Below, piece by piece: positions 24,081 through 37,790 of a DNA stretch of 48,441 nt. The first letter of the stretch is position 1. Each line of letters starts with the position of its first letter. Source of the stretch: Octopus sinensis (Eukaryota). The stretch spans positions 1 to 48,441 of the forward strand of contig NW_021834397.1 in the NCBI RefSeq assembly GCF_006345805.1. The letters run 5' to 3'. Below the pieces are notes generated by a model. That model had not been told where the DNA came from, ran no database searches, and saw only the letters and a program-made list of their open reading frames with translations. A program made the position numbers and the translations under genes.

Positions 24081-26189
24081 CAAATAAATAATATCTAATA
24101 AATAATATCGAATTACTAGTCTAATTCATGCTTGTTCAGTTTTTATTTTTCTGACTGATCGACTGGTTGGCCACCCCTGGTTCACCGCCACTTTTTTGCA
24201 CTGTTTTTTGATTTAGGGAAACTATAAAAAGTAATTAAATTTGAAGACCACCAACCCAAAACGATTTGCTAGATAAATGTTCCCTTTATCCAATTGTTGA
24301 CCAGTTCGAGATTGATAGAAGACTCGAGGTTGATCTAACATATGAATCAATTTATTTTGCGAAATACATGAATAGATAAAAGGGAATAAAATTGGATATT
24401 CATTATATAAATCATACGCCCTTATGGATGTCAATTGTTTTCATTTTTAGATTCACTCTTAAAATATGTAAATATCACTGATACAGTGCTATAGTAGTTA
24501 TTCGCCATGTTTAGAGGCATGTATGTATATCTCCAATTAAACTAACTTATTATTTTAAAATTAAACAGTGTCTGGCGGGAGTATTTCGACGATGTAGTCC
24601 GTGGAACAGTTGTCAGCATATAAAAGCCACTTATCCTCGAACATTCTCCACCCAGTCAAGTAGCCCCGGGTAATTCCAAAGGGAGTCAGCAGGTGTTTCC
24701 AGAGTAACTATAATGAGTACTCAAGACAATACTTCTTCACTAGTCATTTCAATACCGTTGAATAGTCCTTTCACTTCGATAACTCGTGTGGTGATTATCC
24801 CCTGACTTTGGTCTGGGTCGGGTCGAAAATAAGGAAATACGAGTCTAAAAATGTGCTTTGATAAATATGATTCTACTTTTAACCGCAGATATAAGATCAT
24901 CAAGTGTTGCCCCAACTTTCCTCATTCTCCGGAAGAGCAGGATTTCTTCAAGCTTTATAAACCCGAAGTCGTCAGAAAGAAGTGCAAGATAGCCGTCAGC
25001 CATCATATTTGTGCTAATTTATGATCAAAGTTTAGTTACTCTGAGAGATAATATTCAAGTTGGTATTGAATTAAATAGGACCGGTCTTTGTTTGCAAGAA
25101 AGCGGAGTTTATGTTCATAATGAATATTGTATGGCTCCATTCTCGACAATTTCAAATGCATAGTTTGCGTTAATCTAGATTATATATCCCGTATTGAATA
25201 CGTGAAATTTGCATGGTAGTAAGTCAAATTAAGTGTGCTTTAGTTCTGGATACTACTTTTATTCCCTAATCATTATAATTAGTGTTTTCTCATGCTCAGT
25301 TATTGGGGAGAAACTTACTTTTTTGAGAGTGGTATTCTTCAATCTATTTAATTTTGAATTATTCCAAATAATCGAATATGGATTACTTGTTATGTTTAAT
25401 TGTATATATTAAATGTTGTGTAATTTAGATTTGAAAGTGTATTAATAATCATTTACATCTCTCAATTTAAATTATATTTATTGTTTTATTCAAATTATTT
25501 ACATTGTCTGAGAATACAGTGGATACAATCCAAACAAATCAATTCTAGATAAGTACCACTCAATTGTCTACTTAATCTATTAAATTTCTTCCCCCAAAAT
25601 GTATATTATTTAATTCTACTGAGACATGACACAAATGACAGCGACCGAGATATTCACAAATAAGGCATGTGATTTTTGTTGACATTAAATATCAGGGTGT
25701 TTGTTTTAGTGACAGATTTTAAGTATTGTGTTTATTTGAATGCCGGTATAAAACCGCATTGACACATACAATGGTTCGTTTAAACTCATTTGTAAATCAG
25801 CAGCTGAAAAAAGGTCAGAAAAGTTATTTTTTCTACGATGATTTGTAATTGAGATTTATTTCAGCTAAGTATGCTTTTTCAATATTCCTGTTCTTTTATA
25901 AAATTGAATTACCAGTTTCAAATGTTGGCTATAATCCTTTGGGAAAAATCGAAATACAATGTAAAAAATTCACATTCTCAAATGAATGCTGCCTATAAGC
26001 CATAAAATGCGTTTTCCTCTCAGGATAATTCCCTGAGTATAGTTTTCGCATAGTCATTTCACGCAAACAAACAATTTTTCTAGTTATTTGGTCAACTTGT
26101 AATTTCATCAATTTCTTTTCCATAAGAAAATTGTTCAATACCTTATGAAAGGTAAAATTAAAAATTATTAAATAAAGGGTAAATAAATA

Positions 26190-26700
26190 TTAGGAAATTA
26201 AAATCGGAATCTGTTTACGGCTGGGCATAGAGATTTGGCAGCCCGATCATTGCAGATGTAGACAACTCATCGACAGGATCCCGCTTAACGCCGCTGAATT
26301 CCCCTCAATGTTAGAACCGGTAGGACTTGACCGTGGGGACGGAAAACGCCCTAATGGGTCGACTTTATTCCCGTTCAGGGAGAGAATGGCATTCGTGTGG
26401 AATGTTACCAGACTCATTTTCCTCATCACCGTTGATGGACTCCGCTTCTCGTTCTGGATCTGCATCTGCCCTTGCCGAATTTAGAAAAACTGCAAAATAT
26501 GGCTGTTTGATTGCTGCTTCATCTCTCTGACTTTCGAGACCAGTGGGATAATTGGACCCCAAGCTTCAAACTCCTCTCAGAGATTGGTTTAATCATCTCG
26601 AGGAGGAGTCACAACAGTGGTGAAACGAGCTGGTTTTTCAGCGGACATCGTTCTCGATATTACGTTGAAATTGTCTGTCCATCCGCTCGGCGACCCATCT
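26190..26700 (+). mobile_element. CRE-like non-LTR 3' fragment
   Basis: MLEPVGLDRGDGKRPNGSTLFPF and ALAEFRKTAKY. Confidence 0.75.
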
Positions 26701-27157
26701 AATCCAGTTAACTTCTTAATTTCGCCCCTGATATAGAATTTAAATAAGTTTGCTTCTTTTGTTTATTAAATTTAACATTGTAATTTCTGTTCTGATTATT
26801 TTTTACTTCAGCTGTTTTTTTGCCAGTTTCATCACTTAAAAAATGTGAAAGGATACATGTTTGTCAAATTTTCGGTTGAGTACTTTTATTTGTATGTCAT
26901 TATTGTTTTAATCGAGAAGTTGTTTTTATTGTTACAAATTATAAAGTATACAATCCATAGTCGAATAATCACTGGCCAGATTAGATATGTCGACTACGAC
27001 CTCAGTTGTTTGCCTGAATGTCAGTTCTTAGAAATGTTGTATAGGATTTGTGTACGAGGGGAAAAATCAAAATTAATATCGAAAGTAAAGTATGTACAGA
27101 TAATAAAACATTAGTGAACAATTAAAAGCCAATAATATTTGGAAAAAAAAATAAATG

Positions 27158-27229
27158 CCCGTGATAGCTCAGTGGTAGAGCGGAGGACTGTAGATCCTTA
27201 GGTCCCCGGTTCGAATCCGGGTCGCGGGA
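27158..27229 (+). tRNA. tRNA-Tyr(GUA), intronless
   Basis: CCCGTGA-TAGCTCAGTGGTAGAGC-G-GAGGA-CTGTAGA-TCCTT-AGGTC-CCCGGTTCGAATCCGGG-TCGCGGG-A. C1:G72 pair and a TTTT terminator. Confidence 0.95.
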
Positions 27230-27309
27230 ATTTTATTTTACATCATCGGTATAATTAAATTTACATTTTTGTTTGTTCTTTTTATTTAACCCAAGAATGT
27301 GTTAAAAGA

Positions 27310-28200
27310 TTAATCAATGAAAAGGCCTACGGCCTGACGGATCGCCAAACTGTTCCCCTGGATAACGGCGATCAAGAACCGTTGGAAAAGCCAGTCCACC
27401 TTCCGAGGATCGTGAGTGCGCATTGAGATTTTGACCTTGAGAGAAATTTTTCCGTCTTTGGATCAAGAGCACCCGACGTCTCCACCGCTATCGACAACAC
27501 GAAAAACTCATCCGAAATGGCAGAATATTTGGTTAGCTTTAAATCTTCAACCTGCTTAGCAGCAGATTTAGCCTCTAGAGCACACGAAGTTAAATGTGAA
27601 GCAGAAAAAGTGTCCCAGCAGGTTGCATCCCATACGAAGACTTTTCCGCCCTCAAAAGGGAAAAGGGTCATCCCAACAGAACGTTCCCGTCACCGCGGTC
27701 AAGACCCGGTGGTTCGAGGACCGAAGGGAATCCCGCCGAATCAAGGGCCCTCCGTATGATGTCATTCAAAGCAGAGTGTTTTGGAAACCATCCGGCACTC
27801 CTCCTGCACGATAAAGGATGCAAACCGAAAGGCTCAACAGGGCAGCCACAACGATACACGTGCGGGACACATTGCCTTAGCTCGAGGCGCAGAGAGATTC
27901 AAATTTTTACCGATTCATCGTCGAGGAGAGCGTTCGGGAATGCTCGAGCTGCAGATTGAAAATTTGCTTGCATCCTATTCGATCCCAGTTTCGTTGAGAC
28001 ATTTGATCTTCCGGAAAGTCAAGACCTTGTTTCCTCCAGACTTTGCTGAAATGAACCACATTTGTGTCCAAAGAAAAATTCAGAAAAGGTGCGTAGAATT
28101 TCCATGACAAGTGTGTGAATCACCAGCAGTTAAAAAAACATAAACTCTCAGCCACGGCGGCGAATCACGTAACAAGTATTGCAATGGATGTTGGGGCAAT
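27310..28200 (-). mobile_element. CRE-like non-LTR 3' fragment (zinc knuckle plus RLE)
   Basis: [18 protein letters not shown]...[28 protein letters not shown] and IAVETSGA. Confidence 0.85.
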
Positions 28201-28369
28201 CAATAAGCGACTGAATGAAGGAAGTAGCCACCACGAGACATCAGTGGAACTTGTCAAACACACGAAAGCTGTATCCTGGCCCATGAATCTGGCAGAAAGA
28301 GGCGGATCGACAGCAAAGAAGAGATCATGAAGTTGAAATGTGTGTCAGCTTGTGGAATATTGAGTGAAT

Positions 28370-28714
28370 ATAAGAATGGGGGGCCAACGGATATATTGTC
28401 CAGGATGAGTTTGGCAATGAAAATGGAGTGTTTGTTGTGGAGTACTCCTTTGGTGTCGCCACGGACTGTTCCGCCATTTCTATTGTCTTGTGAGCCATCT
28501 CCTTCACTTCGCAGTGAAAAACTGCCAAGTTGAAGAAAGGCCCTAGTCGGTTGAGGTTGTCGGGCTGCAGAGAGAACAGAGACAATTAATGTGCTTACGA
28601 ATAGGCCTCTAAGATTTGTATCACCTCCTCTACACATGTAAAATGGGAGATTTTCTTGGTGGGGTCGACTATTTCCGTCTTGTAGCAGAGATGGTCGTCG
28701 ACTGTTTTGTAGTA
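28370..28714 (-). pseudogene. 14-3-3-like pseudogene copy B, 3' part (5' part at 37895-38260)
   Basis: Near-identical to 7625-7942, and extends to IAKLILDNISVG. Confidence 0.7.
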
Positions 28715-28901
28715 CAGTCCGACCTCGATTTGGAACAGACCTTGGGGCTGGAATACTTCAGTTTTTGGAACAACCTCAGTTTTTGGAACACTTTGTAGGA
28801 TCTCTGCCTAGATTCTAGGTTCCAAATCGAGGTTTTCATTTAAAATGACTTTTGGTTAACGGTGGTCTTTGGAATAAATTTTGATTTGATTTATTCTAGG
28901 C

Positions 28902-30440
28902 CAGGGGTGTCAAACTCATTTCGCTTTGAGGGCCGCATTTATAATAATTTCTCATTAAGGGAAGATTAGTTCTGATATTTATTATGATGAATAACCAAAA
29001 TAAGAGAAACTAAAATTTAGTTTTAGTTAATAATTTAGTTACTAAATTATTCAATTATCGCTTTTTAATTTTGGTGAGAGTTGCTTCCAGAGGATTGACA
29101 ACTTTTTAAGTTTTTAAACTTTCCAGGAAGATATGAAAAGAAAGCAGGTATTCTAACCTCCAAATATTTAGCTTTAAGTATAGAATCTGAGTGGATTAGT
29201 TCCATTTGTAAACTTTCATCTGCATTAGAAACATTAAAAGAGAATGGTGATGCGAATAGTAAAAATTGTTGTTCAAAAGACGAAAAATCATTAAATCTTT
29301 CTTGAAATTCCTTTAACACCGATTCCATTTTTAATATCTTTGAGCACAAATATTGCTGATAAATAATACAATGAAAATGAGCAAATGATGACCCGGGATA
29401 GACCTCATCAAGCGAGTCCCCTCTTGGTCTTCCAGGCTTCAGTATCGGCCTTATTAAGGCCTGTTTCCATAAAGCCGGAATCACGTTGTTGTTAATAGAA
29501 TGGTTGAAGATTGCTGTTAGAAATCTGACACCTTCGACGCCGAGGTTTTTTAATAGGATCACCGGGATTTTGTCCGAGCCGTCAGAGTAAAAAGGTTTTG
29601 TTGAGTGCAAGGTATCTTCCACCTCCTTTACCGAGAGGAGGAGCGGTTCAGCCCGTTTTTTTAGGCTTCTGTTGGAGGGGAGTGAGTCGGATTTCCTGTG
29701 ATCTTTATGTGCATTTTTCGCATAGAAATTCATGAGGTTGTTCACGTCTTTTTTATCAAAATCTTCGAAAGGTTCGGGAGCGTCCCCCCTGACCACGTGC
29801 CGAATGGCTTTCCACACTTCACCCGTTGAACGATTGCGGTTCACGGTAGAAAGAATTCGATTCCATTTCAAATAGGTGTGTCTGAGTTCATTGGACTTCA
29901 GTTCCTTGTTTAAGTGTCAGAAGACATCCGGTTTGACCTTTTGAGGCGATTTCTCTCCTTGGCCAGACCGGATATCCTTCGACTACAAGCAGCGAGAGGT
30001 GGACGTTTAGGAATAGCCATTGCTCTTGCTTCCAGAATGATCTTCGAGAAGAAGCCAATGGCTTTGCCGAGAAAGCTAAAGTTGCAAAGATTGCAATTTT
30101 TTAGTCTCGTGTTCAATGTTCGTGTTACATATAAAACAATGTATTTTTCCATCAACCATTGTGCAAAAATAGAGAAGTTCCCATTTATCTTGAAACACCC
30201 TCCGTTCATCTTTCAAGGAGCGTTTCTATTTTATTCCAGAAGAAGCACGTGACATTAACAAACACGATTTAAAAATACAATTAAAAATTTTAATTAAATG
30301 TAAAAAAATAAAAAATAATTTTTTGCATTTTATAGCCATTAAATCAGACCGCACTTATGTTTGGTAAAGTACGCTGAGGGTCGCACCTATGTCTTTCGAG
30401 GGCCATATGCGGCCCGCGGGCCGCATGTTTGACACCCCTG
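28902..30440 (-). mobile_element. hAT transposon of SPIN/Charlie type, internally deleted and interrupted by a LINE
   Basis: TIRs caggggtgtcaaac...gtttgacacccctg and subterminal gcggcccgcgggccgc. Peptides FQDKWELLYFC...CFIC and LKEFQERFNDF...FASPF...LQMELI. Confidence 0.85.
29385..30085 (-). mobile_element. APE-type LINE fragment inside the hAT element
   Basis: GSDKIPVILLKNLG and IPALWKQALIRPILKPG. Confidence 0.8.
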
Positions 30441-30698
30441 TTATAGAACAAGTTGTAGACGAAGTGTTGGAAAATACGGAAAACAGCGATAATGAAGAAA
30501 TTTTTTACAGTGGTATGCAAAATAAACAGACTACGGTCAAAGAAGTAGTAACAAAAGTGAATGAATTGGAAGAATCAGTTCTAGACATAGCTCCAATTTT
30601 GTTAAATGATTTTTACTGTTTCAGACAAAATTTGTTCAAATCAAAATCAAATCCAAATTTATTCCAAAGACCACCGTTAACCAAAAAAAAATTAACTA

Positions 30699-32382
30699 TA
30701 CCATTTACAAGTCAATTTTGCTGCTGAGAACATCATTTTTGCAATCTGGAAATTAAATTTGCAGCCAAGAATGTCAATTTTGCATGTAAGAAATCCGGTT
30801 TGCGGTTAGGAAAATCATTTTTGCAAATAGTAAATGAATTTTGCGGCTGGGAAAATCGATTTTCCAATCAAGAAATTAAATTTGCGGTCATGAAAACCAA
30901 TTTTGCAAGTGAGAAATTCTATTTTGCAAGAAATTTTTATTACAAAAAAGAATTGTCAGTTAAATCTTCACATCGAATAACTGAGGGGTAATATCTCTCC
31001 ACATGATTCGAGAATTCCATTAACTTTTGTGGAGTTAATACTTCTTTTGCCTCAATTACAATCCTTTCCAAGATTCTCATTCTGAATTCGGTTATTGACA
31101 GTCCCTCTGCAGTTTTTTTATAATTTATAATTATATCCATATTTTCACGAATTCTTTTTTTTACATCAGCTTTGAATGAACTCCAAGCAAGTTCTATTGG
31201 GTTGATTAAATTAAAATATGGCGCTAGTCTTAATAATTCACTTTTTTCTCCTGAATTTATTACAGACTCAAGTTGACTGTGAATAGGAGCATTATCAATT
31301 ACGAATGTTGGATGTGTAGCTCTTGATTCATCACATTCATTAATAAGTTGCTTAAACCATGTTTTACAGGACTCCCCTGTATATGAGCCTCTTCTGCACT
31401 TAAAATTATATATTTGTGACGATGACATTGCAGCTATACAATGTAAATTTGATCCTCTGCTACTAGATGCAAGAACAATAGACCGACATCCAATTTTTGA
31501 ACGTCCTTCTTTACAACGACAAAATAAATTAAAATTTGACTCATCTATCTAAATTATAGTTCTTCCTTTAGATCTCGCATTCAAAAGACGTGTTAAATAC
31601 TCCATTCTTTTTATTTTCCTCTGTATTCATGTTAATTGTGATTGGCTGAATTGATTTCAATGAAATTAATTGTCCATCAAGCCAATTTTTTACTGTATTT
31701 AAACAAACAGTAACATTGAATTGAGTTGAATTTTTTCAGTACACTTGACCAGTGAGATCTGTCAATCACATTCAATCCAACTTAATAGAGCAGATATAAT
31801 TTCTTCACTTTTTTTACTCCAAATCTTTCCTCCTTTAGGAAGTAATTCAATTTTTTTATTTTTAATCCAATAATATGCGGTTCTTTCTTTCACTCCCAAA
31901 GACCTGCATAAAGAGCGCCAATCTCCATCTCTATCGTGTGTGTCTATGATCAATTTCCGTTTTTCCATTGAATATTTTTCGTAATGTCCTCTTCCTTGTC
32001 TGTTTATGCAAATGTCTTCTGTACCATTTTCTTGTGAATTTTCGGAGGCTTCTCGATTTTGTGCCATTTTTAATTTAATTTTAAACGTAAAAATACTTGA
32101 TATATATTGTTTAAACGCATTAATGTTTCGTCAAGGTTATACAAAATGAATTTGCAAAATTAAATTTCCTACTTGCTAAATTAATATTCCTACTAGCAAA
32201 ATTGATTTTCCTAGCCGCAAATTAAATTTCCCACTTGCAAAACCGATTTTCATGACCGCAAATTAATTTTCTTGATTGCAAAATTGACTTTCTTAACCGC
32301 AAAAATCATTTCTTACTTGCAGAAATGAGTTTACTGACCGCAAATTAAATTTCGTACATGCAAAATAGAGTTGTAAATGGTA
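30699..32382 (-). mobile_element. IS630/Tc1-superfamily DNA transposon, near full length, with 21-bp-period subterminal arrays
   Basis: TIR (ta)taccatttacaa...ttgtaaatggta(ta). HTH ORF at 31762-32067 and catalytic motifs IDESNFN, VIDNAPIH and NPIELAWS. Confidence 0.88.
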
Positions 32383-32389
32383 TAGGTGA

Positions 32390-34080
32390 TCCTGACGAAT
32401 TTTATTTATTGCTCTCAGCTTCGCTCTGTGCTGCTCTCTTGAGCCCACACAAGATCGTTGAGGGCGGATCGTTCCTTTATACCATTGATGCCCTTTTGTA
32501 TTCTTCTCAATGAGAGTTTCGAAAGAGATTGGTGGTTTGATAGCTTCACCTGTATACCACCTTTCGGTAAGTGTGAAAGCTTCTTTCTGGGTTGCGGAGA
32601 TTTTACGGATGTTTGTATTCGAAATCAGTGGCCCCCATGAGGCACAAACATATGAGATACATGGTTCGATATACTGTGAGTAGAGTGTTTTAAGTATAGG
32701 GTGATTTCCTATTTTCAATAGACCAGTTAGGCATTTCAGGAGGTTGATTTTCTTTTCACATTTGTTCAGCACATTTGTGACATGTTTAGAGAAGTTCATG
32801 TGCGTGTCATAAGTTAATCCCAATATCTTTTGCTGAAAGGTAATACTCTTCCCTCCACAACAACTTTGATTGAAGTTTTCGATAGTCTTTTGGCTGAGGA
32901 GTAGAGAGTTGTGACAGATTTTTCTGTGTTGATCGACATCCGGTTTACGTTAAACCACTCAACTAGGTGATCCAGGTTTTGTTGTAATCTTCCTTTTGCT
33001 GTTTGGATGTTCTGGTCCCGTGATGCCAATACAATGTCATCTGCATAGGCCAGAAGCAGATCGCCATTAGGCGTCGGAATATCGGCCGTAAACAATTTGA
33101 ATAGGAGAGGTGATAATGGTGAGCCCTGGGGTACACCATTTGGGAATAGACGGGAAATGGAACGAATGTTTCCAAAGCATACTTTTCCTCTTCGACCGCT
33201 GAGGAAGTTAGTCAACCAGAGCTTGAGGTCTTCAGGGATGTTTGATTGGTAGATTTTCCATGCTAGGTTTTTTCTAGGCACAGCGTCGAAGGCTTTGTGG
33301 ATATCCAGCGAACAAAGTACAGTTTTCTGATGTCTTGGCTTGCACGAAATGCCAGAACGGATAAAGTTAGTCAAGGAGCTAAGGAAGCTTGCAGTGGAAC
33401 AATCTTTTTTGAATCCATGCTGTTAATGATTCTCGTGAGGATGAGTTTTTCCAGAGTTTTTGACATGGAACATAATAGGGAAATTGGCCTGAAGGAGGCC
33501 GGGTCTTGTTTTGGTTTTCCACTCTTCAAAATTGGGCGGATGTTCGCCAATTTCCAAATCGTTGGGATTGAGTTGTAGTTAATCGACCAATTGTAGATTT
33601 TGTGAGAACACTGATTCCCTCATTCCCTATGTTTTTCAGGAGAATTATAGGAATGCCGTCGGGACCATGTGAATATGTTACTTTTGTTTGGTGTAGGGAT
33701 TCCAATACTTCTTTTTCAGTGAAATGAGTTGAATGTTTACTTTTCAGCTTCCTTAGCGGCGGTTTGGAAAGGTCAGTCTTCATACGATCCTTGTAAGAGA
33801 TTTTCGCGTAGTATTTTATTAAGGCATTTAGGTCTTTTTGGCTGAATTCGTCATCTCCAGGTGTTTCCTCATTAGCCTTCGAGATGTTCCGAATAGATTT
33901 CCAGATCTCGGATGTCGACCGATTACGGTTTAGGGACGTAAGTACTTTCCTTTATTTCGCTCTTTGAGTTTTGAATTCACTAGCTTTTATTTTGTCGTTC
34001 AACAGTTTCAAACAGATTTTTGCATCGGGGTTCGGATCCCTACTTTTTTAAGACGATTTCTTTCCTTGACAAGAGACTTC
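32390..34080 (-). mobile_element. APE-type (jockey/I-like) LINE RT region, frameshifted
   Basis: GPDGIPIILLKN, FRPISLL, LDIHKAFDAV, GVPQGSPLSPLLF, YADD and LGLTYD. Confidence 0.9.
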
Positions 34081-34199
34081 CTTCCATAGTTACATGTGTT
34101 TAGTAGTTTGAAGAAAAATTATGGTTATGGAAAAAGGATCGATGACTATTTTTTAATAAATAATAATATTTAAGACTTTTTTGCATTAATTAAATTATT

Positions 34200-37100
34200 A
34201 AATTTATATATATATGGTTGTTGTGGTGTTGTGCATGTCCGTTTTTATCAATAAGAAGAAAACGAATCCCATGGGCCTTTCTGCAGAATCAAATAATAAA
34301 AACAGTATAGTGGATGCAGGAGTGTTGTCTCTGTGGCTGGATAACGGCACAAGAACTAATATTAACAATAATCCTACAGTTGGAAGTCGTGCTGCACCAA
34401 CTAACTTTCATTCCCTGTCCGCCATTATTAAGGATGTCAAGTGTGTCTCTGAGACTGAATGGGTGTCACAGGTGTTCTATGCTATCAAAGAAAGATTTGG
34501 AAGGATGCCTAGAGGTGGCTGGGATCTCATTCTGAAAGAGTTCAATGAAAAATACTTAAAGTGCTCAAGTCTATATCAACTAAAAAAATGGTCAAACCAC
34601 TAAATGGGAATCAAAATGTAGGGAAAAGAGGCGATTGTAGTGAAGGAAAATCTAACATGAATATTGAAATTTCTAACTTCAAGAATTGCCTAGAAGAACT
34701 CAAAGTCCAACTCGAAAGAATCAAATCTATTCCTAGAGAGTCTCGAAAACCTACCCCAAAAATCCAAAAAAATAAAGTGAAAACTAATATTCTGTCTGGA
34801 TTGAATTCTGCAATTTATCGTATTACAGAAGATAATCCTCCACAAAATATGGATCAGATTACAGACATATTATATGCTGCACAGTGTGCTTATTTGGCCT
34901 TAACTATAAGGCCAAAACAAAAAGCACATGGTTGGAAAACACAGAAAACAAAATTTCGAAATTAGCAGCTGAAATTAAATTAGTGAATTCCTTTTCGAGA
35001 CAAGCATTACCTCAATCTGAAAAGAAAAATGTAATGGATATTCTTTGCCGCTACGGATATAAGAAATCTAAGAAGGGAGAGCTAATGAGAATTGAGGCTT
35101 TAATGATGATCTAATCAGAATTAAAGATAAACAAATATCCATTTATAACTCGAGGAAAGAGTTCCGAAAAGACAATGCGTGCTTCGAATTAAACCGCAGA
35201 AGGTTTTACCGAAACTTATCGTCGAATAATGAAGTAACCTTATATGGCTTTGATGATAATGAGTGTTTGTTATTCTGGGAGGACGTCTGGAGAAAGAGAA
35301 ATATGGATCACGTTTCGTATAATTGTGTGGATGTGAGGTCTACCGGTGGTGAAGCTATAGAACCTCAATTCACAAATGAGTTGGTTAAAGATATGCTCAA
35401 ATATGTGCCTGATTGGAAGGCGTGCGGATGCGATGGAACATATAACTTTTTCATCAAGAAAATGGAATCATTACATGAATTCTTGTGTAATGAAGTAATC
35501 CGGATAATCAAGGGTGAGTACATGCCCGAGAGTTGGTTTTACACGGGATTAACTTACTTGATTCCAAAAAGGATGATTGTGAGAATCCAAAGGATTTACG
35601 TCCTATAACGTGTATGCCAACTTTGTACAAGCTTGTAACGAAGTGTGTGAATGCTAAACTCTTTGACTTTGTGGATGGATTTGGGCTGATTTCAGACAAT
35701 CAACTCGAAACCAGAAAGCAATGTCAGGGTGCGAAAGAGCAAGCATTTATTAATCAATGCTTGAACAAGGAATATGGAAACAGTCTGTACTCTGCTTGGG
35801 TGGATGTAAAGAAAGCCTTTGACTCGGTTGATCACCAATTTTTATTTCACATAATGGACAGCTCTGGAATTCCACTCTGGATTATTAACTTTGTGAAAAG
35901 TATAGTCAAGAAGTGGAAAGTAAATCTACACCTTGATGGAAGAAAAATTGGTTCAATAAAGCTAACTCGAGGAATTTTACAAGGAGATTCATTATCCCCA
36001 TTGCTATTTGTTATGGTAATGGATCCCCTAAGCAGGATCCTGAACTCTAAATTTCCCAAATTGCAAATTAATCAGGAGGATCTAAATATGCTGACATATT
36101 CTACCAATCACCTATTTTTTATTGACGATCTAAAGATATTTGCTCTCAAAGAAGACACTGTTATTAAAATGGTGGAAGCTGTTAAAGAATTTTTCGACAT
36201 TGTTGGCCTGGAGATGAACTCTGAAAAATCGGCCTCTAATGTCAAATCTTTATCATGCTGTGAGACTTTGGAAGGAATCAATGGATATCGCTATTTGGGA
36301 GTATTTGAAGATGGAGGAAGTAATGTCCTCAAGAATAAAGTTATGGATTCAATAATGGAGAATGTAAAAAAATAACTATGTTGTCAAAAACAAAATTGAA
36401 TTCGGTGAATTTATTCTATGCCATAAATGAATATGCATTGTCCCTATATAATTATTATATTGGGCTAATTAATATCGAGCCATATGAATTTGATGACATT
36501 GATAAACAAATACGTCGACTGCTCATGACACTCAAGTTACATTCCAGCCTGCAAATAAAGAAAGGCTGTATTTAGACCGCAAAACTTTTGGAAGAGGACT
36601 TGCCTCCATCTCGTTCAAGAGCGAATTAATACTCATGCAATTTCTTAAAAGCTTGGAAAGACAGTCGGCTGTGTGTTTGCGAAGGTCGGGGATTCTGCGA
36701 GTTATTAAAACAAAGAAATGGCATTTGACTACAATCGCAGGATTTCTTACCTCTAAATACGCTATTGCTGACACAGAAAGCATAGATATTAATTTTCTCC
36801 AAGACATTCAGAAAAAATATTTGCTAAACAAAATAAAGTCCAAGTACTACACTCTGTTATGTTCAAATGCTTGAATGAATCAAATGTCGATCTTTCTACT
36901 TCCTCAGAATGGTTAGCCAAAGGAAATAATGGCCCCCGAAGTGAAGCATTATACTGCCTTCTGCAAGATAGAAATTTGTTTTTTGCAAACACGAGGCCGT
37001 TATGCAATCATTGTAAAAAAAGTAAACAAACTGTTGATCATCTGGCCACACAGTGTGGTAAAATGCTCAATAGCGATTACCTCCGAAGACATGACGAGGT

Positions 37101-37790
37101 GGTTAAATGTGTCCATCTTCATATTTGTCGAATGTATGGAATCAAAAAGAACAGGAAATTAAAGACTCATTCAGTTCAGTCGATATTGTCAACTCAAAAT
37201 GTAGAAATTAAAGTTGACACGTCAATTATAACAGAAAATAAAGTCAACTTCAATAAACCGGATATCTTTGTTTATGACAAGATTAAAAAGGAAATAACCT
37301 TAATCGAGGTGGGCATAACATCTCAGGACCGCTTAAAACAAGTGGAAGTTGAGAAACTTCAAAATATGATTTCCTTGCAAATGAACTGTCACTACTCTAC
37401 GAATGCCAAGTTAAAATTATTCCTGTGGTTCTGACCTGGGATGGTGTTGTCACAAGATGCTTCAAAAATTATATGGATAAACTATATATTGAAAAATCTA
37501 CAATGACATACATCCAATCGATTGTGCTCAAAAGGACGCTAGAGAGCATGATAATTGAACACAAGCATGGAATGAAGATAACTGGCGAGGAATATACCTC
37601 TGCGACCGATCAACTAGTAGAAATGGCATGCCGCCAGGAATTCATTCAAAGATAAAAGACGCACAACAACCGACGCAGAGATAGAGAATGAAGAGGAACA
37701 AGCAGCAGACTCTTCTCCTAAAAGGAGAAGAGAGACTATCAATCAGGATTGAAAGTCCTAATTAATTAAATATTTTAATCTTAATTAATT
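34200..37790 (+). mobile_element. Near full-length RLE-type non-LTR retrotransposon (R4/NeSL-like): RT, CCHC finger and restriction-like endonuclease
   Basis: LRPITCMPTLYK, VDVKKAFDSV, GILQGDSLSP, FIDD, CNHC...HLATQC, RHD and KPDI...LIEVG. Several frameshifts. Confidence 0.92.

Noticed and set aside
24560-26140. Possible decayed DNA-transposon remnants (CQHIKA and other fragments)
   Set aside because: Too degraded to classify.
34200-37790. Microsporidian origin of the whole window
   Set aside because: CFAP20, NDUFA13, a spectraplakin and high intron density do not fit microsporidia.
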